NCBI RefSeq assembly: GCF_006345805.1
Contig: NC_043012.1
Span: 26,908,001 to 26,972,000, forward strand
Direction: 5' to 3'
Length of the DNA: 64,000 bases
Origin: Octopus sinensis
Taxonomy: Eukaryota
Shown: piece after piece, positions 12,651 to 26,276 of the stretch
Numbering within the stretch: the stretch's first letter is position 1
Layout: the number at the start of each line of letters is the position of its first letter
Notes under the pieces: model-generated
Told to the model about the DNA's origin: nothing
The model's database searches: none
Seen by the model: the letters and a program-made list of their open reading frames with translations, nothing else
Program-made: the position numbers and the translations under genes

Positions 12651-13622
12651 CGCTCACTGACTTAAATATTGAGAGGACTGAAGATAGAGCTTTTACTCTA
12701 GAGTAAACCTCTATCATTTGCTTAGAGCACCACATGAAGACGAAGCTGCTGGAGAGAGAAGGTCTATCTTTCAGGTAAATTCATTAAAAGATCGGTGAGA
12801 GTGACAAATACGCTTTAGTTAATAGCCGACTCTAAACATACGACTGTAAATAGAATGTCCCTACTGGAAGAACGCGCATGTCTTTGGTCAGAGTAATCTG
12901 GTATCTGAGAGGTTTTTGATGTGTCAGGGGAAAACGATTTTGACAACCTTTCTTTGACAAGGAGCATTCAGCACATCCGTTCAGAAAATGCCTCCTTACG
13001 AAAAAAGAGTATCACAAAAAAAAAAAAACTTTGACATCTTAGAAAATAAATGAAAAATATACAGAAATAAACAGAATAAAAATAGCTTGAAAGAGAAAAG
13101 AATCACGTTTCTGTCTATTTTTATACTGATGAGATTGATCTTGATTTGTTTCTTAACAATAACGATGATAACAGCAACAGCAACAAAACAGCAAAAGCCA
13201 CAACAAAAATTTTTACGCAGCGTTACCAATATCTCGTGTAAATTAAGTATATACATATAAACATACATGTACATACACACATTCATACATACGCACATAT
13301 ATGCATGCATACATCCGTAAAAACATACATACATAGGTAAGTATATGCATACATGAATACATTCATAGTGCGTACAAACGTACACACATGCGTACATACA
13401 TACATACATATATACGTACATGCATACATACATACGTACCTACGTAAATACACACATAGTACACTCATACGTATATGTACATGCATACATATGTACCTAC
13501 ACACATACATATATACATGTATACGTACGTACATACATTCATATATACATACGTACGTACATTCGTACATACGTACATACATACATACATACATAATACA
13601 TACATACATACACATACATACA

Positions 13623-13654
<32 letters not shown>

Positions 13655-13679
13655 GCCATTCATAATAAAAATAAGTATT

Positions 13680-14190
13680 GGTGGAATGTACCTCAATAAA
13701 ATGTAAGCACAACAGACCTGATATAATGATTTGGGATAGAGAAGAGAGACTGTGCACAGTTGTGGAAATTAGCTGTCCAGCGGATGTTAACACAAAGCTG
13801 GAGATCAGTGAAAAAGAGAACACCTATAGAGAAATCTACAGTTACTATATCCAGGTTACAAGTAATTATTGGGCCCTGTGATATGTAACACACTACCTGA
13901 ATACCAACTTTGAGAAATTAGCAGTAATGTGGCCAAGGAATTGTCTCCTTGCTCGAAAGATTTGTCTAAGAAGGAGGAGAATGTGGGTGACTCCATGGAT
14001 TTAACGTTCTTTATTAACTTTCAAAAGCACGGGAGCGTTTCAGGTTTGTGAACTGTCGGCAGCGCGGAAGCCGAATTAGGCTGGCAGTGCAAAACAAAAG
14101 GGAGAGGGCTAATTCGAAGACCACAGATCCAGTCCATCACTGGAGCTGCAAAAATCTGTAAAACCTTCCAGAAATTTATCATTTAAATAT
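13680..14190 (+). mobile_element. RLE endonuclease C-terminal fragment of a different RLE lineage
   Basis: KHNRPDIMIWDREERLCTVVEISCPADVN...EKEN-Y (PD-(D/E)xK-like), IIGAL, and QSITGAAKICKTFQKF*. Confidence 0.75.
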
Positions 14191-14596
14191 ATATGAGCGT
14201 GTCTAGATATGCAAGTAGATGTATGAGAATACATACATAATAGATATAAATCTGCACGTACATACATACATAGATACATACATACATACATACATACATA
14301 CATACATACATACGTACATACATACATACACATACATACATACATATATACATACATACAAACAAAAATACCCTGTTATTGATGTTGAAATTCCAATGAA
14401 GGATCATTGGATCTATGTTAGAAACCATTTTTTTTCTCTATTGGAAAGGAATCTTCAAATAAACTGAATAAAGAAATCATCATCATCAACATAATTATCG
14501 TGAACATCATCATCAACATCATCACCATCATCATCATAATTAGCAGCAGCAGCAGCAACAACATCATCATCATCATCATCATTATTATTTAACTAG

Positions 14597-14800
14597 GCGA
14601 GTTGGCAGAATCATTAGCGCGCTGGACCAAATGTTTAGCGGCATTTCGCCCGTCGCTAGGTTCTGAGTCCAAATTCCACCAAGGTCGACTTTGCCTTTCA
14701 TCTTTTTGCGGTCGATAAATTAAATACCAGTGAAACACTGGGGTCGATGTAATCGATTATACCCCTCATCCAAAGTTCAGGCCTTGTGTCTTTAGTAGAA
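14597..14800 (+). mobile_element. SINE family 1
   Basis: GGCGAGTTGGCAGAATCATTAGC head, GTCGACTTTGCCTTTCATC domain, CCAAAGTTCAGGCCTTGTG tail. Confidence 0.82.
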
Positions 14801-15264
14801 AGGATCATCATCATCATCATCATCATCACCATCACCATCACCAGTAGTATAGATTATTTCTGTTATTGATTTGTTATTATCATCGCTGTTCTTGCGGTAT
14901 ATCGTACTACTGCTGCTGCTGCTGTTGTTGTTGTTGCTGGTGTGTTGTTGTTGTTGAAAAGAAGCCAACAACATACCGGAAGTAGACTAGCAACCACGAA
15001 AGCATGGCTTAAAATGTTTGCACAAGTGCATATATAAACACATTACGGAAAGCAATAATGGAATGTATGTGTGTTTAGGGGTTTGTACGGGACGGTGGTG
15101 TTCTAAGGGATTAATCAGTGATGAATAAGATGGTAGTGGTGCTGTTGGTGGTTGCGGTGATGCTGGATAAATATTTATTTGACTCTGCAGAATTTTATCA
15201 TTTCCTCCTTGCGGTATTTTATATCTTTGCTATATTGTTGTTCCTGTTGTTGTTGCTATTATTA

Positions 15265-15365
<101 letters not shown>

Positions 15366-15398
15366 CATCACTATTATCATTATTATTATTATTATTAC

Positions 15399-15464
<66 letters not shown>

Positions 15465-15481
15465 TGTTTATAAATATCATA

Positions 15482-15630
15482 GGTGTAGGAGTGGCTGTGT
15501 GGTAAGTAGCTTGCTTACAAACCACATGGTTCCGGGTTCAGTCCTACTGCGCGTGGCACCTTGGGCAAGTATCTTCTACTATAGCCTCGAGCCGAACAAA
15601 GTCTTGTGAGTGTATTTGGTAGACAGATTC
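15482..15630 (+). mobile_element. SINE family 2, 5' part
   Basis: GGTGTAGGAGTGGCTGTGTGGTAAGTAGCTTGC...GGCACCTTGGGCAAGTATCTTCTACTATAGCCTCG. Confidence 0.82.
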
Positions 15631-15760
15631 TGTGTTTGCTCTCTGGCTGAGTTTTATCAATCTTTGCCTTCTAATGGTTTGTTCCTGAGCGAATATAATT
15701 AGTGCTTCGACCATCTGCTTCCTCGTTCGACCATCTGCTTCTTCACTAGTTAGTGAGCCG

Positions 15761-15809
<49 letters not shown>

Positions 15810-16939
15810 GATGACTGTAGAAAGAAGAGAGGAAGAAGTAGAGAAAGGTGATTAGTATGAATTCACTTGGGCCAAATGTGTCACGTGATCAGCTGAAGGT
15901 AGAGGCGAAGAACGAGAGAAAAAGACGGCGAGAGAAGAAGAGGGAGAAAGAAGTGTTGACGACATGCAATGGGATGAGGAAGGAATACTTATTATGTGGT
16001 TTAAAAGTTAGCAAGAGAGAAAGGTGAAGAGAAAACTTATGTTTAGGATACAATATTTAGCAGAAAGTGATGTTCTGGTGGTACGGTTAAAGAACGGTAG
16101 AAAGAGACACTTATAGCGAGCATCGCATAATGCATGAGCATAAGTGCAATTGTTTATCGTCTGATCGCTTAAAAAATTGAAATTTCTGTATAAGGGTTAA
16201 TTTAGTCTAAACTATGGATTCACAAGATACACGGTTGCAAGCTATCCGAGAAAGGATGTGTAGATATAGAGCAAGGATGAGAGAGGAATAGCAAAGATAT
16301 AATAAAATAAAATAAATAATAACAACACTGACGAAATCGTAGGGAAATGAATGTAGACGAAAGTCAGGTATATTTAAAGAAAGCTTAACTATGAATGCTA
16401 TAAAATGCAAATCTTTCTTTCTTTCTTAAACATGTCCTCTTAATTTTTCTTCATTTCGTGGAATTTACACGGGTCCCACTAGTTATTATATTAAAAGGGT
16501 TGCGTTTCCGGAAGATTCAATATGCATTCAGTTATTGAGTTACATCCCCTTGTTTTCCTTTCTGATTTCAAATCCTACCAAAGTTTAGTTTACCTTTTCT
16601 TACTCTATAGTCAATAAAATAACTACCCTTGACTGAAGGACGTTGATTTCAATATTCCAAACCTTCCTTTCGTATATTGAAACTCATCAACATTTTAAAC
16701 ACTGTCCGTAATTGTATATGTAATGATTGATTTCACTTCAATACACAGAAAGTAGCTATGTTCCTCTGAAGTATTGGAAGCGTTTCGTCTTTGTTTAATC
16801 TATTTTGTATTGTTTCAACAATACTCTGTGTAATAGGTATGAAACACATAATACCTAGTACATAATATGTATGAAATATCTATTTCCATTGATTTTAGAT
16901 GTATAATATAATTATATATATATATATATATATCTGTGT

Positions 16940-16983
<44 letters not shown>

Positions 16984-17252
16984 TGTGTATGTGTGTGTGA
17001 GTGTGTATGTGTGTGTGTAGTGTTAAGTGTGATGTACAAAATTGAATATTGAAAAAAAGTCGCCAGAATTTTTGAAAGAACTTTTTTTATTATTATGTTT
17101 TCATTTTCATATCAGCGCTTTCGTTCGTCTTTCGAACTTGTCAAATACAATTCTGCGAATATATAGATATCTTGCTTATTTATATAAAACGGATGTCTAT
17201 AAGAAAACACTGTTTTTCCTTTGTTTTTGAGGTGAAGCTTTGAAGACAATGG

Positions 17253-17520
<268 letters not shown>

Positions 17521-17689
17521 CAAACAGAGAGATAGACAGATAAATAGATAGGTAGTCAGACAGATAGAAAGATGGGTAGAGTAAAAGAGAGAGAGAAGGA
17601 CTATTCATTTTTCTATCCACCACTTTTCATTGAATTGAAATGGTCTTTTTCAGGATTGTCAAATAAATACATAATTAAGTAAAAACTAT

Positions 17690-18668
17690 ATATATATTAC
17701 TGGATCTTCAATTCGTCACAAGGCATCTATTGTTATAGAGGTTAATTTCCCTTTCAATCACCAAGTCCTGGTTACTTCCATGTCAAGATCTTATATTTGG
17801 GAAAATTTTCTCTTTCATTTGAAAAACACATTACCGTTTATTAAGGGTGATATTTCAGCTAGGATGACTTCCATTCCTGATAGACCTTCACAACAAAATG
17901 TGACTGATCATCTTCGATCTCCTTCTCTGTGTGGATTGGTATATCCTTAATATTGCCGTTTTGCCATGCTGCGAGACCTTTTCTGATACATACTACCTAT
18001 TTTCTGTTGGTATTTCAGTATTCCTAATGTATCCAAAACCTCAAACTCTATCATGTTATACATAGTCTCTCTTGATTAACACAAAGCAACCATACAAAAT
18101 ATGGTTACATGTGTTTTTTTCCCGATCGCTACATACTCAGCAATTAATACATCATTATTTTATTCTATTACATGTATTTTGGTAGTTTCTGGTGGGAAAG
18201 ATTTGATCTTGTGCCATAATCGATAATATTTCAATTCCAATTTTCAGTCCTGTACTATTCAAGCCAAGATGCAATTATTCTTTCTCTATTACTAGGCTGT
18301 TCTGGTGTTTTTTGTTAACCATTTTAACGTTAGTTGTCATCCGTTCAGCATGACATTCCGTAGTCTCATTTTCAGTTCAATTTCGTTTTTTTTAAAATAA
18401 ACTTTCAGCTATTGTTTCTTCTTTCTGTTACTTCAAAATTTAACTTGGCTTTGTTGTATTTTATGTCTTCAAAAGAAAGAGAAAACAGATTTTGTACTAT
18501 TCTAGTATTTTGTAGCTATTTCTATTAGTATCCCATTGTTCTTTACTAAATATGTTTGTAGTCCTACAGTGGCTATTTCATAGTAGTTTTCTAGTTCCAT
18601 AAGGGCCCCTAAAGCTCCTTGTGTTCATGTTCAATATACTTTTTCTATGTCAGATTTCTTGATGCAAA
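17690..18668 (-). mobile_element. RLE retrotransposon 3' half, degraded relative of the 42-44 kb element
   Basis: Broken frames give KSDIEKVY, ELENYYEIATVGL, GLK...AQDQIFPTRNYQ, NHILYGC, HDRV, DIPIHTEKEI, KYKDLDMEVTRTW. Confidence 0.82.
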
Positions 18669-18967
18669 CATTATCGTCGTTGTCGTTGTCGTCATCATCA
18701 TCATCATCCTCATATTCATCATCAATGCCGTCATCGACGTCTTCGTCGTCGTTGTCGTTCACGTCGTCGTCGAAAGAAGAAATGATTAGCGTTTCCTCAC
18801 GTTCTGAGTTCCAAAACACGTCGTGGTCAACCATGCCTTCTATTCGTTCGAGATCGATAAATAAGTACCAGGCATGTAATTGGTGTTCCTACCTCCCATC
18901 AAGGTTTCACTGGGTCTCCTTCCGCACATCATAAGTTTTGATACTTGGTTTTATTATTATTATTATT

Positions 18968-19700
18968 GAGTGAGTGAGCAGTGCATGCTATCAAAGTGAC
19001 ACTGGGGTAAAATATACGAAGCCCAATATGCCCATCATGACTAGCCGTCTGATAAGGGTACACAAGACACATTGCATCACAATCGTATGTGCACAACATG
19101 GTGATCTCATATCAAGATAAACAGCGCATCACCTTGCAGGTGGGGCCCAGTTGGAATTTTCTTCTGGTCGAGTAACCCGTCCTGCTCAAAAGATCCCTGA
19201 ATAAGTTTTCCTTGGCGTGGTGGGTGTAACGAAAGAAGCTGTGTGATGAACGAGGCTGAAAGGCACACAGACATATTTTCCTCTTTGGTAGAGCTCTCAT
19301 TGACTTCTTCAAGGTTCACTTGGAAAGGAAATTGGGGGTGGAGACGGAAGTGCTGTCTTCGAGTGAGTTTATTGAGTTTATTGAAAGGTGGGTGAAAGTT
19401 GCGAAAATGGCAAGAGTGGATGGTACCTCTCTAAGTGTAGACCTGTAAGTTGGAGACAGGAACTTGGAAGAGCTGCTAGTACATGATGTTCAGGAAGGTC
19501 TCAGACAGTGGGGTCCCTCGCTTATCGCTAGAAGTCATCCTGTATCAGGAGAGCTACACATCTATCCCCTCGCCTTTTTATCTTAAATTTGTATTCTATG
19601 TATATTTCCCTTCCTTTTCTTTGTATACGTGTTTTATTATTGCATTATATGTAAATTCCCATACATTGTCCCCCTCATTAACCCTGGTGGCAAATAAATG

Positions 19701-19740
<40 letters not shown>

Positions 19741-19748
19741 TATTATTA

Positions 19749-19795
<47 letters not shown>

Positions 19796-19917
19796 AGCGG
19801 CGAGCTGGCAGAAACGCTAGCACGCCGGGCATACCAACAAAAAACAATGTATATGATAACACTTCCAATCAGTTAAGATTAGAAGCCACGGGCTACTGCC
19901 TGGTACTGCATCAGGGC

Positions 19918-19918
<1 letters not shown>
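18968..19918. mobile_element. ~550-bp repeat, split copy (left part 18968-19205, right part 19830-19918) around a LINE 3' end and a SINE head
   Basis: Both termini of the repeat present, (TAT)n outside each; middle ~230 bp absent. Confidence 0.75.
19210..19705 (+). mobile_element. L1/Tx1-like LINE 3' end
   Basis: FFKVHLERKLGVETEVLS...FIERWVKVAKMARVDGTSLSVDL*, then a 3' UTR ending AATAAATGAAAT(CAT)n; a weaker relative at ~12700-12860. Confidence 0.5.
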
Positions 19919-19972
<54 letters not shown>

Positions 19973-20438
19973 TTATTATTATTATATTATTATTATTATT
20001 ATCATCATCATCATCATTATTATATTATTATTATTTTATTATTATTATATTATTATTATTATTATTATTATTATTAGTAGTAGTAGTAGTAGTAATTTCT
20101 TATTTTGCCACAAGGCCAGTAGTAGTAGTAATAGATATGGAATTGTTCTATGAAAACTGGTTATGAGTGTAACGCGAAGCACTGGGGCAAAATATCCCGC
20201 AGCATTGACTTACGTCCGTCTTCATTAAATTTGAGGATTGACAACTCTTCCGAAGCGGTGGAGTGGGGGTGTTGCTCTCGATAAACTGAGTAACAATGAA
20301 GTACTTGGGATCAATTAATTATCAATTACTCTCTCATTGTAATTGTGATTAATTTCATAAGTATTGATTTCTGCTTCAATCATAATGAATTTGAAGTATA
20401 TTTACCGAGAAATGGAACAATGAAGAATAGTAAAAGCC

Positions 20439-20699
<261 letters not shown>

Positions 20700-21215
20700 A
20701 TTACTGTATTACGGGTACATGTTATAGTAGTGGGGTTAGCGGTGGAAATGAGGGTGGAAACTGATTAATATGGGTCGATACGCTAATATCCTGTTCATGC
20801 AACATTTAAACTGTGAATGTTGCAAGAATTGAAGAGAGATAAAAGTAAAGGAATGAAGGTGGAAGGAAGTAGACGAAGAAAAAAAAAAGAACAGCTACAA
20901 AAACGAGTAAATACAGAAATAAAGAAGATGAGTGAAAGAGAAAAGTAGATTAGGAATAAGATATATCTGGAGAAAAAATTACTATGGTCATCATCATCAT
21001 CATCATCATCATGTTCATCATCATCACCATCATCATAACAACCACCACCACCACCACCACCACCACCACCACCACACCACCACCACCACCACCACCACCA
21101 TCACCACTATCATCATCATCATTATCATCATCATCATATTGTTGTTATTGTTGTTATTGCTGCTGTTATTATTATTATTGTTATTGTTATTGTTATTCTT
21201 CGTCTTCTTCTTCTT

Positions 21216-21255
<40 letters not shown>

Positions 21256-21259
21256 CACC

Positions 21260-21365
<106 letters not shown>

Positions 21366-21915
21366 GTGTGAGTGAGAGAGCAGTGCATGCCATCAAAGTA
21401 GCATTGGGGTAAAATATACGAAGCCCAGTATACCCATCATGACTACCCGTCTGATAAGGGTACACCATACACATGCATCACAGCAGTATGTACGAGACAT
21501 GGTGATCTCATATCGAGGTAAACAGCGCATCACCTTGCAGGTGGGGCCCAGTTAGAATTTTATTCAAGTCGATTAGCCCATCCCACTCAAACGGTCCCTG
21601 AGTAAAGGTTGTTTAAGGATGCTGACCCATGATTCCAAAGGTGAATTATCCAAACCTCTAAGAATGCCTCTCAACACATGGCTATGATGCTCCCCCACTA
21701 CTTCTGCTTGTGATCAGAGATGAACATATCATCAGCCACTAAGGGACATGCTCAACTGGTTGAGGTCAAACAACTGTCAAGCAAATCTGTGGTATTGAGC
21801 AGAATATTTGCTATAGCCCATCTTTTATACCAACACAAAACAATGTACATGATAACACTCTCAATCAGTAAAATGAGAGGCCATGCGAGCCACTGCCTAG
21901 TACTGCATCAGGGCA
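21366..21915. mobile_element. ~550-bp interspersed repeat, complete copy, embedded in (TAT)n
   Basis: GAGTGAGAGAGCAGTGCATGCCATCAAAG...GTACTGCATCAGGGC; homologous to 18968-19205/19830-19918, 40069-40619, 51536-52058; no ORF seen. Confidence 0.85.
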
Positions 21916-22261
21916 TTAATTATTATTATTATTATTATTATTATTATTTGAAGTAGTAGTAATAGTTCTAGTAGCAGCTGTAGCACAGGCAGCGGCGACA
22001 GCAGCAGCAGCAGTAGTTGTAACAGTGGTAGTAGATTAATGACCTCGAAAATTTGGCCTCAGAGATCGCAAAATATTTTAAAGTGTTGGTTCATAACATA
22101 GGCACAAACGGAATATATAAAAGTCAGTGCTTCTACCATAAAATGTTAGGATTTTATAAAATCAATATTGCAGTTTTTCACAGTAGCAGCTGTTCTCTTA
22201 TTTCCTTCTTTTTACATTTCTGCGTGTGATTAATATATGTTTTATCTTTTAGCCTTTACTT

Positions 22262-22938
22262 GCCCCACCATTGTGGTTGGAAATAAGGTAAAGGATGACT
22301 AGTCTGAGAAAATAACGTTCTTCCACTGCTCTAGGGAATAATTCTGTAGGTTTTTACTCTACGCTAAACGCATTGCAACGTTTGTTTTTCAAAGTAGTGG
22401 TTTTCTGATAGCAGCCCTCCCGTGAAGTCCAGTTTTGTGCAGCGCGCGGCGAACAGTTTTTGTGGAAACTGGGTTCTCGATTTGATCATTAAGCTCGGCA
22501 GTAATTTTTGGAGCTGTACATTTTGATCTTTTCTAACAATCCGCGTAAGAGTCCGATGGTACCTATCAGAAAGTCTTGATTTTCTTCCGGAGTTTTGTTT
22601 CGATGAGGAGGTTTTCCGCTCTTTTATCAAAGACTGTCATTACTTTCGAGACAGTACTTTTTGATACACCAAACATTTCGACTTTTTTGGTTAAGCTAGT
22701 GCCAGCCATACGAGCACTAACAATTTGACCACTTTGAAAGTCCGATAGATCTATCATTTTAACGAATTTCAATCAAACTTTTCTGATGATATCCGAAAGG
22801 AAAAACAGCAATTTTAGCAAAACATATTAAACAACACAAATAATAAATAAAAGAACATAAAAATAAACAAGCTTTTGACAGTTTTATAGATATTTCAAAA
22901 TGATGACGCTAGGTGTTTCCATTATTTTGTCCAACCCC
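22262..22938 (-). mobile_element. Tc1-like transposon, 5' half
   Basis: TA then TIR GGGGTTGGACAAAATAATGGAAACACC; LSDFQSGQIV...GVSKSTVSKV, NSGRKSRLS, and VIFSD*SSF (first catalytic Asp region). Confidence 0.87.
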
Positions 22939-23073
22939 TATATATATATATTATATATATATATATATATATAAGTAATAATATAGGGTGAAATTAATTA
23001 ATTTGGAATAATCATTAATTTCACCAAGTAGATTTCGGCATGTAAAAGCCTCATTCGAGGAAAGTTTAAGTAA

Positions 23074-23265
23074 TACTAAGTAATTAAGGGTTTAGCAACG
23101 ATTTGCCTCACCACACACCGAAATTTGTAAAACCACAGCACTTTCAAGTGCTGTGGTTTTACTGAGATCTCCCTTTTAGTAGCAAGAATAGCTATAACTC
23201 TTTGACTGCTATTTCTAAATTTCGGTGTGTGTGAGGCAAATCGTTGCTAAACCCTTAATTACTTA

Positions 23266-23268
<3 letters not shown>
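23074..23268. repeat. Nested fold-back: ~52-bp outer arms plus a perfect 17-bp inner hairpin
   Basis: TACTAAGTAATTAAGGG...CCGAAATTT and inverse; inner GTAAAACCACAGCACTT-TC-AAGTGCTGTGGTTTTAC (23127-23162). Confidence 0.92.
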
Positions 23269-23335
<67 letters not shown>

Positions 23336-23565
23336 GAAATTTACAAACAAAAGACGAAGACATGTGCATAAACAACAAGTAGGTGCATTAGTTTAACGGT
23401 CGGGAAAATGAGAAAATCTTTTACGTTTCGAACCTACGCTCTTTATCAGAAACGAACACAAGGATATAAAGAAAGAGAGAATAAAAAAACTTTTGGAGCT
23501 AGCGGGAAATCATGGCGGCTGGCTGGACACGGAATATCCATTGGAATATATATATGTATGTATGT

Positions 23566-23635
<70 letters not shown>

Positions 23636-23679
23636 ATATATTATATATATTATATATATATATATATTATACACAACAA

Positions 23680-23830
23680 GCTTTTTTCAGTACCCGTCTA
23701 ATAAATCCACTCACGATACTTCGATCGACCGGGATCTGTAATAGAAGACACCTGTCTAAGTAGTCACGCAGTGAGACTGAACACCAAACCATGTAATTTC
23801 GGAACCAAGATACTTACCACATAGACATGC
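23680..23830 (-). mobile_element. SINE family 2, degraded
   Basis: AATCCACTCACG...AATAGAAGACAC...CACGCAGTGAGACTGAAC...CTTACCACA. Confidence 0.6.
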
Positions 23831-24859
23831 CTAACACAGTATATCGGTAAGATGTTTCTAATTATAACGGGGTGGTGGATATATTATTAAAGATAGGCAG
23901 AATGTATCGTATAATCATTTTTTATAGTTGAATTTAAAATGAATGAAATGAATGAAAATAGACTCATCTTTTGACTACTTTATAATTTTAAAACTTAAAA
24001 GTAAAATGTCTGAAAACGATTACTAATTATAAGGTGGTCGTGGCATAATATCAAAGTTGGGCTGCGCAAATTAAATCATATTTACCTTATAGGTGACTTA
24101 AAATTAAATGTAACGAATGAAGAGAAACACGATCTCTTTAATATAAAATTTTAAATGTATTTATCAAAGACATTGAGATACACTTTTGATTGAAGTATAT
24201 GGGAATTTTAAAGATGAAAAACAGTGGTAAATAATGTCATATAAAATCACAAGATAAGCTCGTCGTTAAATAGGTAGACAATAAAATAGTGCATATATAT
24301 AGGCAAAGCACAGCTAAGTAACATAAAGTATCTAACATGGTGGAATGGTTGCGAAAGGGATACTTCACATATCGTTGAAGTTAGTAGATTGCTTGAAGCA
24401 TGCGGTTTACGTAGCAAATCAGTGTATTATAGAAGGCGATAGAAATGGAGATAGAACATTCCACATAGATATAAAAATATATTGATTACAAAGATATTGA
24501 GATATTACATCAGATGCATTTAATTAGTTCAGGTAAAACGACAATCGATATTTTTATTTTAGTTATGTTTGATATTCACTGTTATGTTTCCAGTGCTAGC
24601 GCCTTCTATAACACGCTGGTTAAAATGTGTTAGATCTTGGATAAACGGCAAAAACAACGATAGATGTTAGCACGTCCGCCATATTACTTGTCAGATATAT
24701 TGGACGATTTACTAAAATGCAATATATGAGTAAAAGTTAGTTTAAAAAACCATATAAGGAAGATTGCACGTACAAGTAGAGATCTCAATAGGTGGTTCCT
24801 ACCAATGCCTCGGGTTAACGAGGAAACTTTTGAATAAACTTTGAATTGTTCAACATTTG

Positions 24860-26110
24860 AGAAGTGAAGAAGAGGAAGGGGAGGAAGGAAGACTGAACAT
24901 TACAAAGACGTAGATTTGAGAGGTGAAGGGGAGGAAGGCGAGGAAGGAATGTTGAACATTCCAGAGAGGGGGATATCAGAGGGGAAATAGAGGAAGGGGA
25001 GGAAGGAATGCTGAACATTCCAGAGAGGGGGATTTGAGACGTGAAGGGGAGGAAGGGGAGGAAGAAATGTTGAACATTCCAGAGAGGGGGATTTGAGAGG
25101 TGAAGGGGAGGAAGGGGAGGAATGAATGTTGAACGTTCCAGAGAGGGGGATTTGAGAGGTGAAGGAGAGGAAGGGGAGGAAGGATTGTTGAACATTCTAG
25201 AGAGGGGGATTTGAGAGGTGAAGGGTAGGAAGAGGAGGAAGGAATGTTGAACATTCAAGAGAGGAGGATTTGAGAGGTGAAGGGGAGTAAGGGGAGGAGG
25301 GCATGTTCAATATTCCAGGGAGGGGGATTTGAGAGGTGTAGGGGAGGAAGGAATGTTGAACATTCCAGAGAGGGGGATTTAAGAGGTGAAGGGGATGAAG
25401 GGGAAGAAGGAATGTTGAACATTCCAGAGAGGGGGATTTGAGAAGTGAATGGGAGGAATGGGAGGAAGGAAGGCTGAACGTTCCAGAGAGGGGGATTTGA
25501 GAGGTGAAGGCGAGGAAGGGGAGGAAGGATTGTTGAACATTCCAGAGAGGGGGATTTGAGAGGTGAAGGGTAGGAAGGGGAGGAAGGAATGTTGAACATT
25601 CCAGAGAGGGGGATTTGAGAAGTGAAGGGGAGGAAGGGGAGGAAGGAATGTTGAACATTCCAGAGAGGGGGATTTGAAAGGGGAAGGGGAGGAAGGGGAG
25701 GAATGAATACTGAACATTCCAAAGAGGGAGATTTCAGAGGAGAAGTGGAGGAAGTGGAGGAATTAATGTTAAACATTCCAGGGAGGGGGATTTGAGAAGG
25801 GAAGGGGAGGAAGCGGACGAAGGAATGCTGAATATTCCAAAGAGGGGGATTTGAGAAATGAAGGGGAGGAAGGGGAGGAAGGAATGTAGAATATTTAAGA
25901 GAGGGGGATTTGAGAGGGGAAGGGGAGGAAGGGGAGGAAGGAATGTTGATCATTCCAGAGAGGGGGATTTGAGAGGGGAAGGGGAGGAAGTAGAGGGACG
26001 ATGCTGAACATTCCAGAGAGGGGGAATTGAGAGGTGAAAGGGAGAAAGGGTAAGAAGGGATGTTGATCATTCGAGATGGGGGATTTGAGAAGGGAAGGGG
26101 AGGAAGAGGA
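24860..26110. repeat. 59-bp purine-rich tandem minisatellite, ~21 units
   Basis: Unit GAGGTGAAGGGGAGGAAGGGGAGGAAGGAATGTTGAACATTCCAGAGAGGGGGATTTGA; 59-aa periodicity in the minus-strand ORFs. Confidence 0.95.
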
Positions 26111-26238
26111 TGCGCTTACAAATTCAGTGTATATGATTATAAGCATGTGGACTTTTACATATAAATATATCCCCTATACACGTTGATGATGGACATGACT
26201 ATCGGCTATCAATCGAAAAATCGCTGCATCGCGCAGTG

Positions 26239-26275
<37 letters not shown>

Positions 26276-26276
<1 letters not shown>

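Noticed and set aside
24860-26110. CRISPR-like array (palindromic repeat at a regular period)
   Set aside because: Sequences between palindromes are copies of each other rather than unique spacers; eukaryotic context; no cas genes
24815-26146. Pro/Ser/Leu-rich ORFs up to 271 aa on the minus strand
   Set aside because: Long ORFs occur in all three frames because the pyrimidine-rich minisatellite strand lacks stops
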